This document shows positions 45,231 through 59,274 of a stretch of 64,000 nucleotides of DNA, piece after piece (position 1 is the first letter of the stretch; each line of letters begins with the position of its first letter). The notes beneath the pieces are model-generated. The model did no database searches. It was not told the DNA's origin and was given only the letters and a program-made list of their open reading frames with translations. A program made the position numbers and the translations under genes. The stretch is from Eledone cirrhosa (Eukaryota): NCBI GenBank assembly GCA_964016885.1, contig OZ024747.1, positions 44,144,001-44,208,000 on the forward strand, in the 5' to 3' direction.

Positions 45231-45280
<50 letters not shown>

Positions 45281-45303
45281 CAGCTTTCTGTAAAACTTTA
45301 TTT

Positions 45304-45389
45304 CATATTACAATTGTTTCTATATTGATCAGCTTGGGTTTGTTTGTGCGATCGGATCACGACTCTTAATCGATATTTCTTCAAATATG
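45304..45389 (-). ncRNA. Hammerhead motif, family H (C3 to U, probably decayed)
   Basis: catat-TTGAAGA-aatatcgat...atcaatata-GAAAC-aatt-GTA-atatg, within island 45279-45562. Confidence 0.6.
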
Positions 45390-45560
45390 AGAGTGTATAT
45401 GTATATATACACACAGGTTATAAACAATAACCTAAGGCCAAACAAATAGATTTGGCTATTCGAAGAAGTTCGAACCTCGTATCTATCAGATTTCTGGTGA
45501 GCTCATAGGACTACCTGTACTTTTCTTCTCGTGTCTTATCACATATTTAAATCTCAGGTG

Positions 45561-45613
<53 letters not shown>

Positions 45614-45662
45614 GTATATATATATATATATATATAATTGTATATATATATATATATATATA

Positions 45663-45723
<61 letters not shown>

Positions 45724-45768
45724 GTATATATATATATATATATAATTGTATATATATATATATATATA

Positions 45769-45848
<80 letters not shown>

Positions 45849-45958
45849 TGTATATCGTCGTTTGTGTGAGTGTAATGTATATATATATATACACAGTATA
45901 TATATATATATATATATATACACAGTATATATATATATATACACATAATATATATATA

Positions 45959-46009
<51 letters not shown>

Positions 46010-46010
46010 G

Positions 46011-46041
<31 letters not shown>

Positions 46042-46044
46042 GTG

Positions 46045-46081
<37 letters not shown>

Positions 46082-46329
46082 GTGTGTGTGTGTGTGTGCG
46101 CGCGGTAAAAGTATCGAAGCAATATCAAAATTTATGCTGTATTCTGAATCCAACATGAGCTGGAGGCCATAAACTGATTAACTAAAGATAAGAGACGCAA
46201 CAACAACAGTATCAACAACAATAATTACAACAAAAACAACAAGGGATTATAAATAGAAATCAGATATTTGAAGCTAGTGCTGCTGTTGTTGTTGTTGGTG
46301 ATATTGTTGTTTGTGTTGTTGAGGTTACT

Positions 46330-46880
46330 GTTGGTGGTGGTGGTGGTGGTGGTGGTGGTGGTTTTGGTCATTGTCGTTATCGCTGGTGGTGGTCATGGTG
46401 GTGGTGGTGGTGATGATAGTTGTGGTGGTGGTGGTGGTGGTCGTCGTCGTCGTCGTCGTCGTTTTGGTCATTGTCGTTATCGCTGGTGGTGGTGGTGGTA
46501 GTGGGGATGGTGGTCATGGTGGTCATGGTGGTGGTGGTGGTGGTGGTGTTGATGATAGTTGTGGTGGTGGTGGTGGTGATGAGTGATCGTGGTAGTGGTG
46601 GTGGTGGTGGTCGTCGTCGTCGTCGTCGTTTTGGTCATTGTCGTTATCGCTGGTGGTGGTGGTGGTGGTGGTGGTGGTGGTGGGGATGGTGGTCATGGTG
46701 GTCATGGTGGTGGTGGTGGTGTTGATGATAGTTGTGGTGGTGGTGGTGGTGGTGGTGATGAGTGATCGTGGTAGTGGTGGTGGTGGTGGTGGTGGTGATG
46801 GAGCTGGTGGTGATATGGTGGTGATATGTGTTGGTGATGGCGGTGGTGGTGGTGGTGGTGAGGGTGATCGAGTTGGTGGT
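46330..46880. repeat. (GGT)n/(CGT)n compound repeat with higher-order units
   Basis: Repeated GTTTTGGTCATTGTCGTTATCGCTGGTGG modules. Confidence 0.9.
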
Positions 46881-47501
46881 GATTTTGCTACCAATATTGA
46901 TGTTAGCTGTTCTTGTTATTGTTGCCGCTGTATGATATTTCTGATTAATACGTTTTCCTATTGCAGTGCTTGGAAATATACAACATATTTAGAGCAAAAT
47001 AATGATTTCTACTTCAGGTACAATTTAGGAGAGCGGAAAGTTGATTAAATAAACCCCAGTGTACTACTGGTGCTTTATTTTATTGACCCCGTAAGGATGA
47101 AAGGCAAAGCTAACCTCGGAGGGATTTGATCTCAGAACGTAAAGGACCGTAACTCTATACTGTAAATCATGGTGTCCGACGCTCTACCGATTTTGCCAAT
47201 CCACTGACCTAATTCTTAGAGCAAGATAGTAAAACTGATGGTTCAATTTATTGACCACACGGGCCCAAGGTGTTGAAGAGAAAACAAAGAAGTTTTACAA
47301 CACAAAGTGGAGTTTGCACCAATTAAAAATATCCGAAATCAACAGAAACACTAAATGTAACAATACAAAATTCTACAATAGTGGTGAAGAACACCTAGGA
47401 TAGTTCGGAAGGTTTGGGAAGACCCCATTAACAGTAACTCTAAATTTCTTAAAAAAACGATCCATAACTTTAACATTTTTCTTGAAAAGATCTTCTCCTA
47501 G

Positions 47502-47945
47502 GCAGACCTGTCAACCCTCCCCGTCCGACGGAGAGATCTCCAACACTCTTTGGGGTGGGTGAGAGATGATTTCTCTTGTGAAAATGTGTAAAGCGTTCAT
47601 AAAAGTACCAGTAATGCACTGTGTATTGCTGGCCTTGTGCCTAAAAGTAGAAACAATTATATAAAACGGCGGTCATTTGGCAGTATCGGTAGAGGGTTGG
47701 ACGTCATGCTTTCTAGCATAGTTACGTCCCTTTACGGTCTGAGTTCAAATCCTGTCGAGGTTAACTTTGCCTTTCATCCTTACGGGGTCGATAGAATAAA
47801 GTACTAGTAATGTACTGGGTAATTGCTGCCCTTGTGCCAAAAGTAGAAACAATTATGTAAAATTTCCCCGTTTTGCCTCGTTTTGGGATACTTTTTTTTT
47901 TTCATTGTACTCCCCGTTTGGGTTTTAAGGGGTTGGCACGTCTGT
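47502..47945. mobile_element. MITE (same family as 7458-7616) interrupted by SINE sequence at about 47600-47855
   Basis: Ends CAGACCTGTCAACC / GGTTGGCACGTCTG; SINE tail plus a full SINE inside. Confidence 0.65.
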
Positions 47946-48000
47946 CCTAGGGGTAAGACAGTAACCTTCAACGCAGAATCTATATACATGGATTCACTTT

Positions 48001-48037
<37 letters not shown>

Positions 48038-48084
48038 ATATATATATATATATCTATATATATATATATATATATCTATATATA

Positions 48085-48205
<121 letters not shown>

Positions 48206-48445
48206 ATATATATATCTATATATATATATATATATATCTATATATATATCTATATATATATCTATATATATATCTATATATATATATATATATATATCTA
48301 TATATATCTATATATATATCTATATATATATATATATATCAATGATATCAAATATATCTATATATATATCTATATATATATCTATATATATATATATATA
48401 TATATCTATATATATCTATATATATATCTATATATATATATATAT

Positions 48446-48874
<429 letters not shown>

Positions 48875-48875
48875 C

Positions 48876-48911
<36 letters not shown>

Positions 48912-49083
48912 TCCATATATATATATATATATTTATATATATATTTCATATATATATATATATATTCCATATGTATATATATTTATATATATATATATAT
49001 AAATATATATATTTATATATATATTTCATATATATATATATATATTTATATATATATTTCATATATATATATATTCCATATGC

Positions 49084-49121
<38 letters not shown>

Positions 49122-49153
49122 TTCATATACATATATATATATATATATATTCC

Positions 49154-49199
<46 letters not shown>

Positions 49200-49409
49200 C
49201 ATATATATATATATATATAAGCGTGTGTGTGTGTCTATGCGTCTCTAAAAACATAAATATATAAATATATATAAACATATATATTTATAAATGCAAGTAT
49301 ATGTTTGTACACTCGCTCAAAATCACTCATATTTAAGTGAAAAAAATATTCGCTCCGATATTTTTTGGGAAACGGTGAAGTAACTGTGTGTAGAATTCAC
49401 ACAGACGAT

Positions 49410-49443
<34 letters not shown>

Positions 49444-49648
49444 AATACTCTTAGTAAAACATGAAATCTAATCTATTGACAGGAGAACAAATATATATAT
49501 ATATATATACATACACAAGCATACATTTATATATACACATATATGAATACATATATGTATATAAAAATGTGTATGTATATATGTATATATAAATATATAT
49601 ATATATGTACATGTGTTTGGTGTGTGAGAGAGAGAGAGAGAGAGAGGG

Positions 49649-49783
<135 letters not shown>

Positions 49784-50103
49784 TGTGTGTGAATATAAAG
49801 ACACAAGACACCGACTTAAGAAAAATTTTACGAAAAGGTCTTTATACAAAGGTGAAATAAAATATTCTATGATTGTCAGTATTTGTTATCATCAGACACA
49901 TTTTCGTCAGTCCATGACTTATACGTGGTTCTTTTAATGTCTCCTATAATTTCAATCACAATATTTTACCTCTGTTCAATTTATGGCGATTTGAAGAGAT
50001 TTTTCTTGTTGCTTATTTACATGCTTCTTTGTTTGTTGTGTTTCTATTTTTCTACAGTGCGCGGTCCTCATGTATTTTTGGTGTGCAGTATATATATATA
50101 TGT

Positions 50104-50159
<56 letters not shown>

Positions 50160-50414
50160 ATGTATGTATGTGTATATATATATATATATATTGGTTTCTT
50201 ATATAGGCACAAAGCCAGTGATTTTGGGGGAGGGGAAAGTCGATTAAATCGACGCCAGTGCGTGACTGGTACTTTATTTTATGGACCCCGTGAGGATGAA
50301 AGGCAAAGTTTAACTTCGGCGGGATTTGAAATCAGATCATAAAGGGCCGTATCTCTTTGCTGCAAAGCATGGCGTCCGACTCTCTACCGATACTGCCAAT
50401 CCACCGCCCTTGTG

Positions 50415-50593
<179 letters not shown>

Positions 50594-50778
50594 AGTATCT
50601 GTTGGTTGTTTACCGATACCTAAGTATGCAGGTTGGAGCACTCAACGAAGTGCGCAGGTTTGTTTGTCAGTTACTTTGAGGACTAATAACACACCCAGGG
50701 GCTGGACATATCGATGAATTAACAGAGTAGAACCCATTACAACGTCATGTTTTCCTGTTTTTTCTGCCTAAATTCTTA

Positions 50779-50831
50779 CTACCAGATGAGGCCACAGCCA
50801 ATAATGGCTGTCACTGAAATATATATAATAG
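50779..50831 (+). ncRNA. Degenerate hammerhead (core CAGATGA)
   Basis: ctac-CAGATGA-gg..acagcca.ataa.tggctgt..-GAAA-tatata-TA-atag. Confidence 0.5.
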
Positions 50832-50879
50832 CAGCGAATTTGAATAAACGAAGCCAACTTTAACATGTTTGATTTACAC

Positions 50880-51357
50880 TGGCAGTATCGGTAGAGGGTC
50901 GGACGCCATTACTTACGGCCCTTTATGATCTGAGTTCAAATCCTGCCGAGGTTAACTTTGCCTTTCATCCTTTCGGGGTCGATAAAATAAAGTACCAGTA
51001 ATGCACTGGTTAATTGCTGGCCTTGTGCCAAAAGTAGAAACAATTATTATTAGGAAGCATTCGTAAACGCTGTTTCAGCAAGCCCCATAACAGACAGGAA
51101 GTTGATTTATGAAATCATTTGATCAATGCTGCCACCTGTAGTTAAAGCCATGAACGACCAAGTTGACAGATTATTTGATAGGATGAGCCAACGAAGATGT
51201 CTTCACATGGCTACTTCATCTGCTGGAATAAAGAGTTGCTAAATTTCCGATCTTAAAAACAATAGATATATCTGTGAATAAAAGACAGGATAGTAACATG
51301 TAGCATTCTTTTGATTATAGGGCTCAAGCAGGCTTGACAGCAAAGAAATAGACGAAT
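50880..51357 (+). repeat. Duplicate of 18595-19086 (SINE plus about 300 bp downstream flank)
   Basis: Near-identical by eye, including the non-SINE flank. Confidence 0.9.
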
Positions 51358-51470
51358 ATGATTACCAGTAATGCACTGGGATAATTGCTGGCCTTGTGCG
51401 AAAATTAGAAATAATTATTTTATATATATATATGTATGTATAAATATATATAAATATATATATGTATATG

Positions 51471-51563
<93 letters not shown>

Positions 51564-52470
51564 AAACTATTGTATATTTTGTGTAAAACGTCGGCCACGT
51601 TGGAAAAGGCCTGCTAAAAGTATGTTCTTGCATGTTGGTAACGGTGACGTCGAAAACAATTTTTTTTAATATCATACTATAAGAAGACTTTCTAGAAGAG
51701 AGGATCGTATGTGTGAAAGAACGAAAAAATGGTGTTTCATGACCATTACCCTCCTCACCAGTATTCCAGGGAAATAAAATTTTCGAGGAGCACGTATGAC
51801 TAAAAACTACGATACTGTTACAAAACAAAACAAAGTTGATCAAATACATTATCAATCGAGTGCTAGGATCCGCACTATCGACTGTTCCTATACACCATAT
51901 TAATGTCGGAAAACTGGCAGTGTCGTTAGAGCGTCAGATAAAATGTTTGGTCGCATAAAGGACTAGGTTAGAAGTGATAGGTATATTTTCTTTACAAGAA
52001 TACCAGATATTTCTTTCCCGTCTATTTTTACACATTAGAACTATATTGTATCCTCGATTAATTTATAATTGTTTGATAAGCATTTTAAGTAAGCTTTTCT
52101 TTACTTAGACAGTTCAAAAGTACCATGTCAAATTCACGTGTTCCTTCTTACCACTCTCTCGCAAAACATACACACACACGCACACACACACACACACATA
52201 CACACATATACATATGTGTGTGTATGTGTGTATATATATATATGTATGTATGTATATATAGAAAGATAGATATATTGATCGAAAAAATATTTATAAATAT
52301 ACACACATGAATATATACATGTATATATACGTAGACAAATATATATATAGAGAGAGATATAGATATAGATATAGATAGATATATATATGTGTGTGTATAT
52401 ACATATATCAAACGTGAACCTAATATAACTGTGTACAATTGCTTCTTGTGATTTGTTTGTTCATTTTTAA

Positions 52471-52540
<70 letters not shown>

Positions 52541-52588
52541 AGCTGTAGTGATTCTTTCTTTAAATATATTTATCTGTTTTCTTTTATG

Positions 52589-52650
<62 letters not shown>

Positions 52651-52665
52651 CATAAAAGAAAACAG

Positions 52666-52743
<78 letters not shown>

Positions 52744-53004
52744 CATAAAAGAAAACAGATAAATATATCTAAAGAAAGAATCACTACAGCTCAAAATATG
52801 AGATTTATCATAATAAACTATTCAACAGACTAAATACAATTCAGTTTGAGTTGTTTGAAATCCTTGTTTGAAGATGTTTAAGTAACAATATTAAGTCGTT
52901 GAGCAAAAATATTGGAATAGTACACAAGACGAAAGCGGTTAATTATATTACATTTTATTAAATCAACGAACATTTCATCCAAGTTTTAGGTAGATACGTG
53001 ATTA

Positions 53005-53156
53005 CCGTATTTCCCGGCGCCGAGGACGCACCCTAATTTTGACAACCAAAAATTTGAAAAAAAATTATAAACAATCTTCAGCCTCCAGGACGCATGGTAG
53101 ATTTTTGAGACTTATTTTAGGAAAAAAAGTAGCGGCTTCGACACCGGGAAATGCGG
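53005..53156. mobile_element. Tc1/mariner-superfamily (pogo/Tc2-like) MITE
   Basis: TA|CCGTATTTCCCGG ... CCGGGAAATGCGG|TA, TIRs with TA TSD. Confidence 0.8.
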
Positions 53157-53392
53157 TAATTATTACTTAATTAATAAGATAAACAAAATTTGGAATCATC
53201 AGAATTAAATTAAACATAAATAATTATTACCTCGTAAAACATATTGAAGCCACATTTTAACCTAAAGGCTAATGTTTAACATAAGAGGATCTGCCAGTCT
53301 GCTAATGTGCAAAACAGGCCGATCAGTCACTGTGTATTTTTGAAAATAGCATATATTTTCACTAGCTCTGACAGTTTGGCAGCTGAGCAGTG

Positions 53393-53440
53393 AGCTGTAC
53401 TGATGAAGGGTGATACCCAGAAACATTAATGTCTGCAGTT
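53393..53440 (+). ncRNA. Canonical minimal hammerhead, family I (GUC site)
   Basis: agctgta-CTGATGA-agggt.gat.accca-GAAAC-attaat-GTC-tgcagtt; downstream sequence recurs as the palindrome at 58645-58900. Confidence 0.85.
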
Positions 53441-53675
53441 CTGTTCGAATGCCAACATAAGAGCAAGAATGAAGGTTCATTCTACTGACATGGCTATAAA
53501 ATTGATGCTTGTTTGCATAATTGCAAACGAATCGAATGTTATTATTAATATTCGAAAAACTCAGATTACATTTATTGTATATATATATATATATGATAAT
53601 TATAAAACTCAAATGATTACAGTATCTCATGTGTAAACATATGTTGTAAGTGATGAATATATATATATATATATA

Positions 53676-53910
53676 GCTATACTTTGGGAGGGTCATGTTG
53701 CTAATAAGAAACACACGCACCAGTTGCTTTCACTCCAATTTATTATAAATTAAATTATAAATTTAAAATTTATAAATTTATAAATTTCCGGTTGGTTTGA
53801 TGGTTCCACAACCGGACGGTTGTCAAAGTTCTTTCGTCACACATTCTGTGACCTCTTCAGTGACTGGGGATTCTTCTCTTTGTTTTGTGCCTCTTTGTTT
53901 TGTTGGTTGA
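53676..53910 (-). mobile_element. Family C pLTR fragment; HHR 53822-53864
   Basis: Similar to 12971-13180; gtca-CTGAAGA-ggtcac..gtgac-GAAA-gaac-TT-tgac. Confidence 0.85.
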
Positions 53911-54364
53911 TATATACACGTGTGTGTGTATGTGTGTGTGGGTTATACATATGCAATGGGGTTTACCTTTCGTAGAAGACGGTATGATCGAACCCATAAA
54001 TTATGTCTGATAGTATACAATTCTCTAAATGCTATAGATCAGTCAATATATCAATATTTTCACACCCACCCCTCCGAAATGATCGTAAAGCAATGAAGGA
54101 ATTTTTGTAAAATAACTTGCCTTTGCTAGTATATGTATATATATCGCCCTTATCTAGTATATGTATATATATTTTTTTAGTTATGCAATAAATAACAGAA
54201 GATAATTAATTCATTTACCAGTGGTTTCTTGAATTAATTATCTTATGTTGTTTACTTAACTAAAAAGCTCTGTAGCCTATATAGAGCACTCTCTTTTAGC
54301 ACTCTCCTTTACCTTTCCTACGGAAATACTTCATATATATCTATATACATAAATATATATTTAT

Positions 54365-54430
<66 letters not shown>

Positions 54431-54572
54431 ATAAATATATATGTATATAGATGTATATGAAGTATTTCCGTAGGAAAGGTAAAGGAGAGTGCTAAAAGAG
54501 AGTGCTCTATGTAGGCTACAGAGCTTTTTAGTTAAGTAAATATATATAGATGTAGATATATATATATATAAA

Positions 54573-54800
54573 TAAATATACACGGGTGTGTATGATTGTG
54601 TATAGAAGATTATATTAATAAAAGGAATTCCAACTATGTCTGAATTACTTGTTTTATTTACAATCCTTTAAAATTATAATATTATAATGAAATAGTATGG
54701 TATAATATTCAATGTTAAGTGTTATTGGAACAAGTACTTTCATGCTATCGCAATCTTCAGGTTCATATTCTGTGGTGACAGTCAAGTTTGCAATGTTCAA
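54573..54800 (-). mobile_element. Family B single-arm copy; HHR 54728-54764
   Basis: Matches 2838-3088; gaac-CTGAAGA-ttgc.gata.gcat-GAAA-gtac-TT-gttc. Confidence 0.8.
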
Positions 54801-54823
54801 TATATATATATATATATATATAT

Positions 54824-55166
54824 AACCAAAGATTAATATGGTTCATTTGTTAATATGGTTCATTGGTTACTCAATGAATATAGTTTTACAATAGATTAAA
54901 AGCACTCTACAAGAAAGTTTTCTGGAGTTATTATTATTCAGAATATTAATAAATGAAGACATTCACATAATCAAAATATATGTTTTATTATATATATTTC
55001 GAATACTCGAATTGAACTATCAAGACCGTTGAGGTATGTCATACATCAATTCATGTATTTTATCTGACGAGGACGTAGTAAAAAAAACAGTACAGTACCT
55101 TCGAAATATATATAATAAAACATATATTTTGATTATGTGAATCTCTTCATTTATTATTATTCTGAA

Positions 55167-55171
<5 letters not shown>
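54824..55171 (+). mobile_element. Family A element; HHR 55058-55120
   Basis: Tail, arms about 54930-55003 and 55100-55171; ttttat-CTGACGA-ggacgta..taccttc-GAAA-tatata-TA-ataaaa. Confidence 0.8.
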
Positions 55172-55196
<25 letters not shown>

Positions 55197-55201
<5 letters not shown>

Positions 55202-55729
55202 GGAAAAAATGAAACGATATTTCATTTCCCACTCTTAGTACGGCTGTTACTTAAATATAAGTATGTACACGTACATACATATATGTATACCGACGTACAG
55301 TAGTATGTATATATATATATATATACATACATGCACACATATATATATGCACGTATGGATTCACCGAACATTTATTATAATGCTCGGTGTGTTTGTAAAC
55401 AAACATCCCGTATTAAGCCGTAGTGTCTAGCAACCACCGTTGCTCGTTTGTTCAACACTGACAAAGGAACGCTGTACTAGTTTCAAGCTTGTTAGCTATC
55501 GTCAGCAACGTATACCTTCCTGCCAGATTGTTGAACGTATATACTTACCTTATGCATATTAACGGCTGAGTAGCCCAATTTGCATATCGAGTGGGTTAAT
55601 CGGCCGGGTGCACCGAAAACGATAAACGGAAAAAATGAAACGATATTTCATTTCCCACTCTTAGTACGGCTGTTACTTAAATATAAGTATGTACACGTAC
55701 ATACATATATGTATACCGACGTACAGTTG

Positions 55730-55730
<1 letters not shown>
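55197..55730. mobile_element. (TA)n-embedded element with about 105-bp terminal direct repeats (426-bp period)
   Basis: 55197-55300 matches 55623-55727; inverted relative at 58130-58370. Confidence 0.65.
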
Positions 55731-55771
<41 letters not shown>

Positions 55772-56073
55772 AATCGTCGAATACTTTATGTCTGTTTACG
55801 AAAAAGACGGTAGATTTTCGATCAACCAACTTTCATCAACTGAATGAGTGCTCAACTACATATTGAGTACTCACTTACTGTGGTTGCCCCCGATTGAACC
55901 CGGTATCCACCCACACACAACACACACACACACATATATATGTGTGTGTGTGTGTGTGTGTTGTGTGTGAGTGGATACCGGGTTCAATCGGGGACAACCA
56001 CAGTAAGTGAGTACTCAATATGTAGTTGAGAACTCATTCAGTTGATGAAAGTTGGTTGATCAAAAATCTACCG

Positions 56074-56109
<36 letters not shown>

Positions 56110-56448
56110 TCATTTTCATCATTTCATTTTATGTCCGCTTTTTCCCTGCTTGCAAGGGTGGGACGGGAACTGATTCTGGCTTGATTTCTACAGCTGGATG
56201 CCCTTCCTAACACCAACCTCATTTACAGTGAGTGCTGGGTGCTTTTTTGCCGTGGCACCTCCACGACCACTTTGCAGTGGAATGATAGGGACCCCAGTCC
56301 CTATCATCTCATTTCTACAGCTGAGCAAAATGGAGCAATGTGAAATAAAGTGTCTTGCTCAAGGAAACAACACATCACCCGGTCTGAGAATTGAACTCAC
56401 AACCTTTCGATTGCAAGGCCAATGCTCTAACCACTAAGCCATATGTGC

Positions 56449-56791
<343 letters not shown>

Positions 56792-57309
56792 GTGGGGGGG
56801 GGGGTGTTCTTACAATTGTTATTAAAAATGTAAAATTATTTTCTGTATGGCCTAAGGAGTAGTTTCACAGAATGAATAAACAGGTAAACATTCAAACGGG
56901 AATGTCACCAGACAAAATATCCTGTGTTACCTACGGTGAAATCATTTAGCAACTGATCATTTCCATTCATCATTTTTCCTCTAAGAAATTAACTATTGGT
57001 TACATTTTCACAACCTTTCTAGATTCATTAGAATTTTGAAAACTCGTCTTTTTTTTTTTAGCTCCAATGGCTAATCGGCTTTTTATTCTCCATAGCATAT
57101 TTAGTGAACCCATGACCTATTGAAAAGTTCAATTTTCAAATCTTAGTATAACGTTGGAATGGATCTCCGTCAGTTTTGACATTGAGTGTTCCAGTTGTTC
57201 GATCAATGGCACAGTCTTCTAGTGTTATTAACGTGTAAGAGACTAAGCATTCCACAGACACATGCACCATAAACATAATTCTTAACGAGACTCAGCGTAA
57301 CACAATGCT

Positions 57310-57365
<56 letters not shown>

Positions 57366-57699
57366 AGTACCTTCCTTACTGTGGTTACCCCCAATTGAAC
57401 CTGGGACTCACACACACATGTATATATTTATATGTATATGCAGACATGCACACATATCTACTCAGTTGATGTTTATTCAAATGGAAAGATTCTTGAGTCT
57501 TTGTTAGAAACCGATTCACTCTCTCTATTGTGATGGGCCAGATTCAGTCCATACTCATGTGCCCATGAACTGTGAGATAACTCTGAAGAACAGTTGATGT
57601 TTTACAAGTTCTACACCAAATATGAAAGGCAAACCTCGGCATCCCAAAAGGATTGGTTGTGTTTGTACAGTCCAGGCTTGGACTTAAAATAAAGTGACT

Positions 57700-58000
57700 T
57701 CTCAATCAGGCGAGGGGGGACGCTCTTCGACACACTTGCATTTGGCGCTGAATCAATTTTTAACATTCACGTGACCTCTACCGACCAATCAAGGTTGTTG
57801 TGACTACAAGAATTTGGCGCGAAATTTGTAGTACTCGTTCGCGTGACATTCAGCAACCAACCAAGTCTTGATACCTCTGGAGCCACTTTTTTCACATGAA
57901 ACAGGAAGAGTTTCCAAAGCTGATCAGGTTAGAGCAAGAATCACGGGCGCTCTATCTCAAGATTGTTTTTGAAAAGCGTTGGAAGTGCGCAACCGGTAGA
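57700..58000. promoter_or_regulatory. Promoter-like CpG-retaining island
   Basis: TCACGTGA E-box 57767-57774, CCAAT 57785-57789, consensus E2F site TTTGGCGCGAAA 57813-57824, TTTGAA near 57968. Confidence 0.45.
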
Positions 58001-58372
58001 GACTTGAAACTGAAACTGAATACTGACCAATGCTTATTACTGATTTATACTTGTTCCCAATTAAACTATTTTTCACTGGGAAAGGTTTGTCAGCACTTTC
58101 TTTTCCTTTTACTTATATATATATATATATATATGTACGTATACATACATACTTACATTTAAGTAACAGCCGATGAAATTTCGTTTCATTCTATTCCATT
58201 TATCATTTTCGGTGCGCCCGGCCGACTAAACTCACTCAATATGCAAATTAGGCTGCTCAGCCGTTAATATGCATAAGGAAAGTATATACTTTCAGACGTT
58301 CAACCATCTGGCAGGAAGGTATACGATGCTGACGATAGCTAATAAGCTTGAAACTAGTACATCGTTCCTGTG

Positions 58373-58612
58373 TTTATCCCGGGTTCAATCGGGGATAACC
58401 ACAGTAAGTAAGGTACTAAATATATAGCAGAGTATAAATATTTAATATAGAAATGGCTTCTACAGGACTAGAACTGTTTCATTCGGGAGAAATCATCAGG
58501 AATGAAACAGTTCTAGTCCTGTAGAAGCCATTTCTATATTAAATATTTATACTCTGCTATATATTTAGTACCTTACTTACTGTGGTTATCCTCGATTGAA
58601 CCTGGGATAATC
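58373..58612 (-). mobile_element. Palindromic element, family M; HHR core 58463-58499
   Basis: CTGATGA-tttc.tccc.gaat-GAAAC-agttcta-GTC; stem I 5' strand lost at the inversion junction; outer arm shared with 55860-55905 and 57362-57406. Confidence 0.6.
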
Positions 58613-58618
58613 TTATCT

Positions 58619-58644
<26 letters not shown>

Positions 58645-58649
<5 letters not shown>

Positions 58650-58898
58650 GTAATCTGAGTTTTTCGAATATTAATAATAATATTCGTTTGCAATTAATTA
58701 TGCAAATAAGCCTCAATTTTATAGCCATGTCAGTAGAATGAACCCTTCATTCTTGCTCTTGAAGGGTTCATTCTACTGACATGGCTATAAAATTGAGGCT
58801 TGTTTGCATAATTGCAAACGAATTGAATGTTATTATTAATATTCGAAAAACTCAGATTACATTTATTGTATTCAGCCATGTAGAGCGAAATTTTCTTT

Positions 58899-58900
<2 letters not shown>
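58645..58900. mobile_element. Family I palindrome plus tail (truncated before the HHR)
   Basis: Arms 58645-58749 and 58760-58865 match 53455-53578. Confidence 0.75.
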
Positions 58901-58962
<62 letters not shown>

Positions 58963-59274
58963 ACTTTACTTACTTTGATAACTTTGATAGGTTCCGGCCA
59001 GTATTGGCCCAAGCCATGTCTAACTTAATAGCACCACCTGGCGAAGTCTTACAAATCAGTGTTTGGGCACCATGGCCCACTCGAACAGAGAGTTATTGTT
59101 TACGGAGGCATATCCGGGTGTGAGAGGCTTATCCAGGATTTCTTGAAGGAATTTATCCAAAGACTTCTTGAACTTGATGGGGTCTGTCTCTGCTTTGATG
59201 TGTTTTGGTGTAATGTTAAAGAGTGCAGGGCCAATTGAGGTGAAATAAATGTGCTGTATTGTTGTTATGAGATG

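Noticed and set aside
49860-49915. CTGACGA and CTGATGA on the minus strand
   Set aside because: No correctly placed GAAA or paired stems.
57896-58162. 88-aa ORF MKQEEFPK...
   Set aside because: No recognisable domain and it runs into a microsatellite; not supportable as a CDS.
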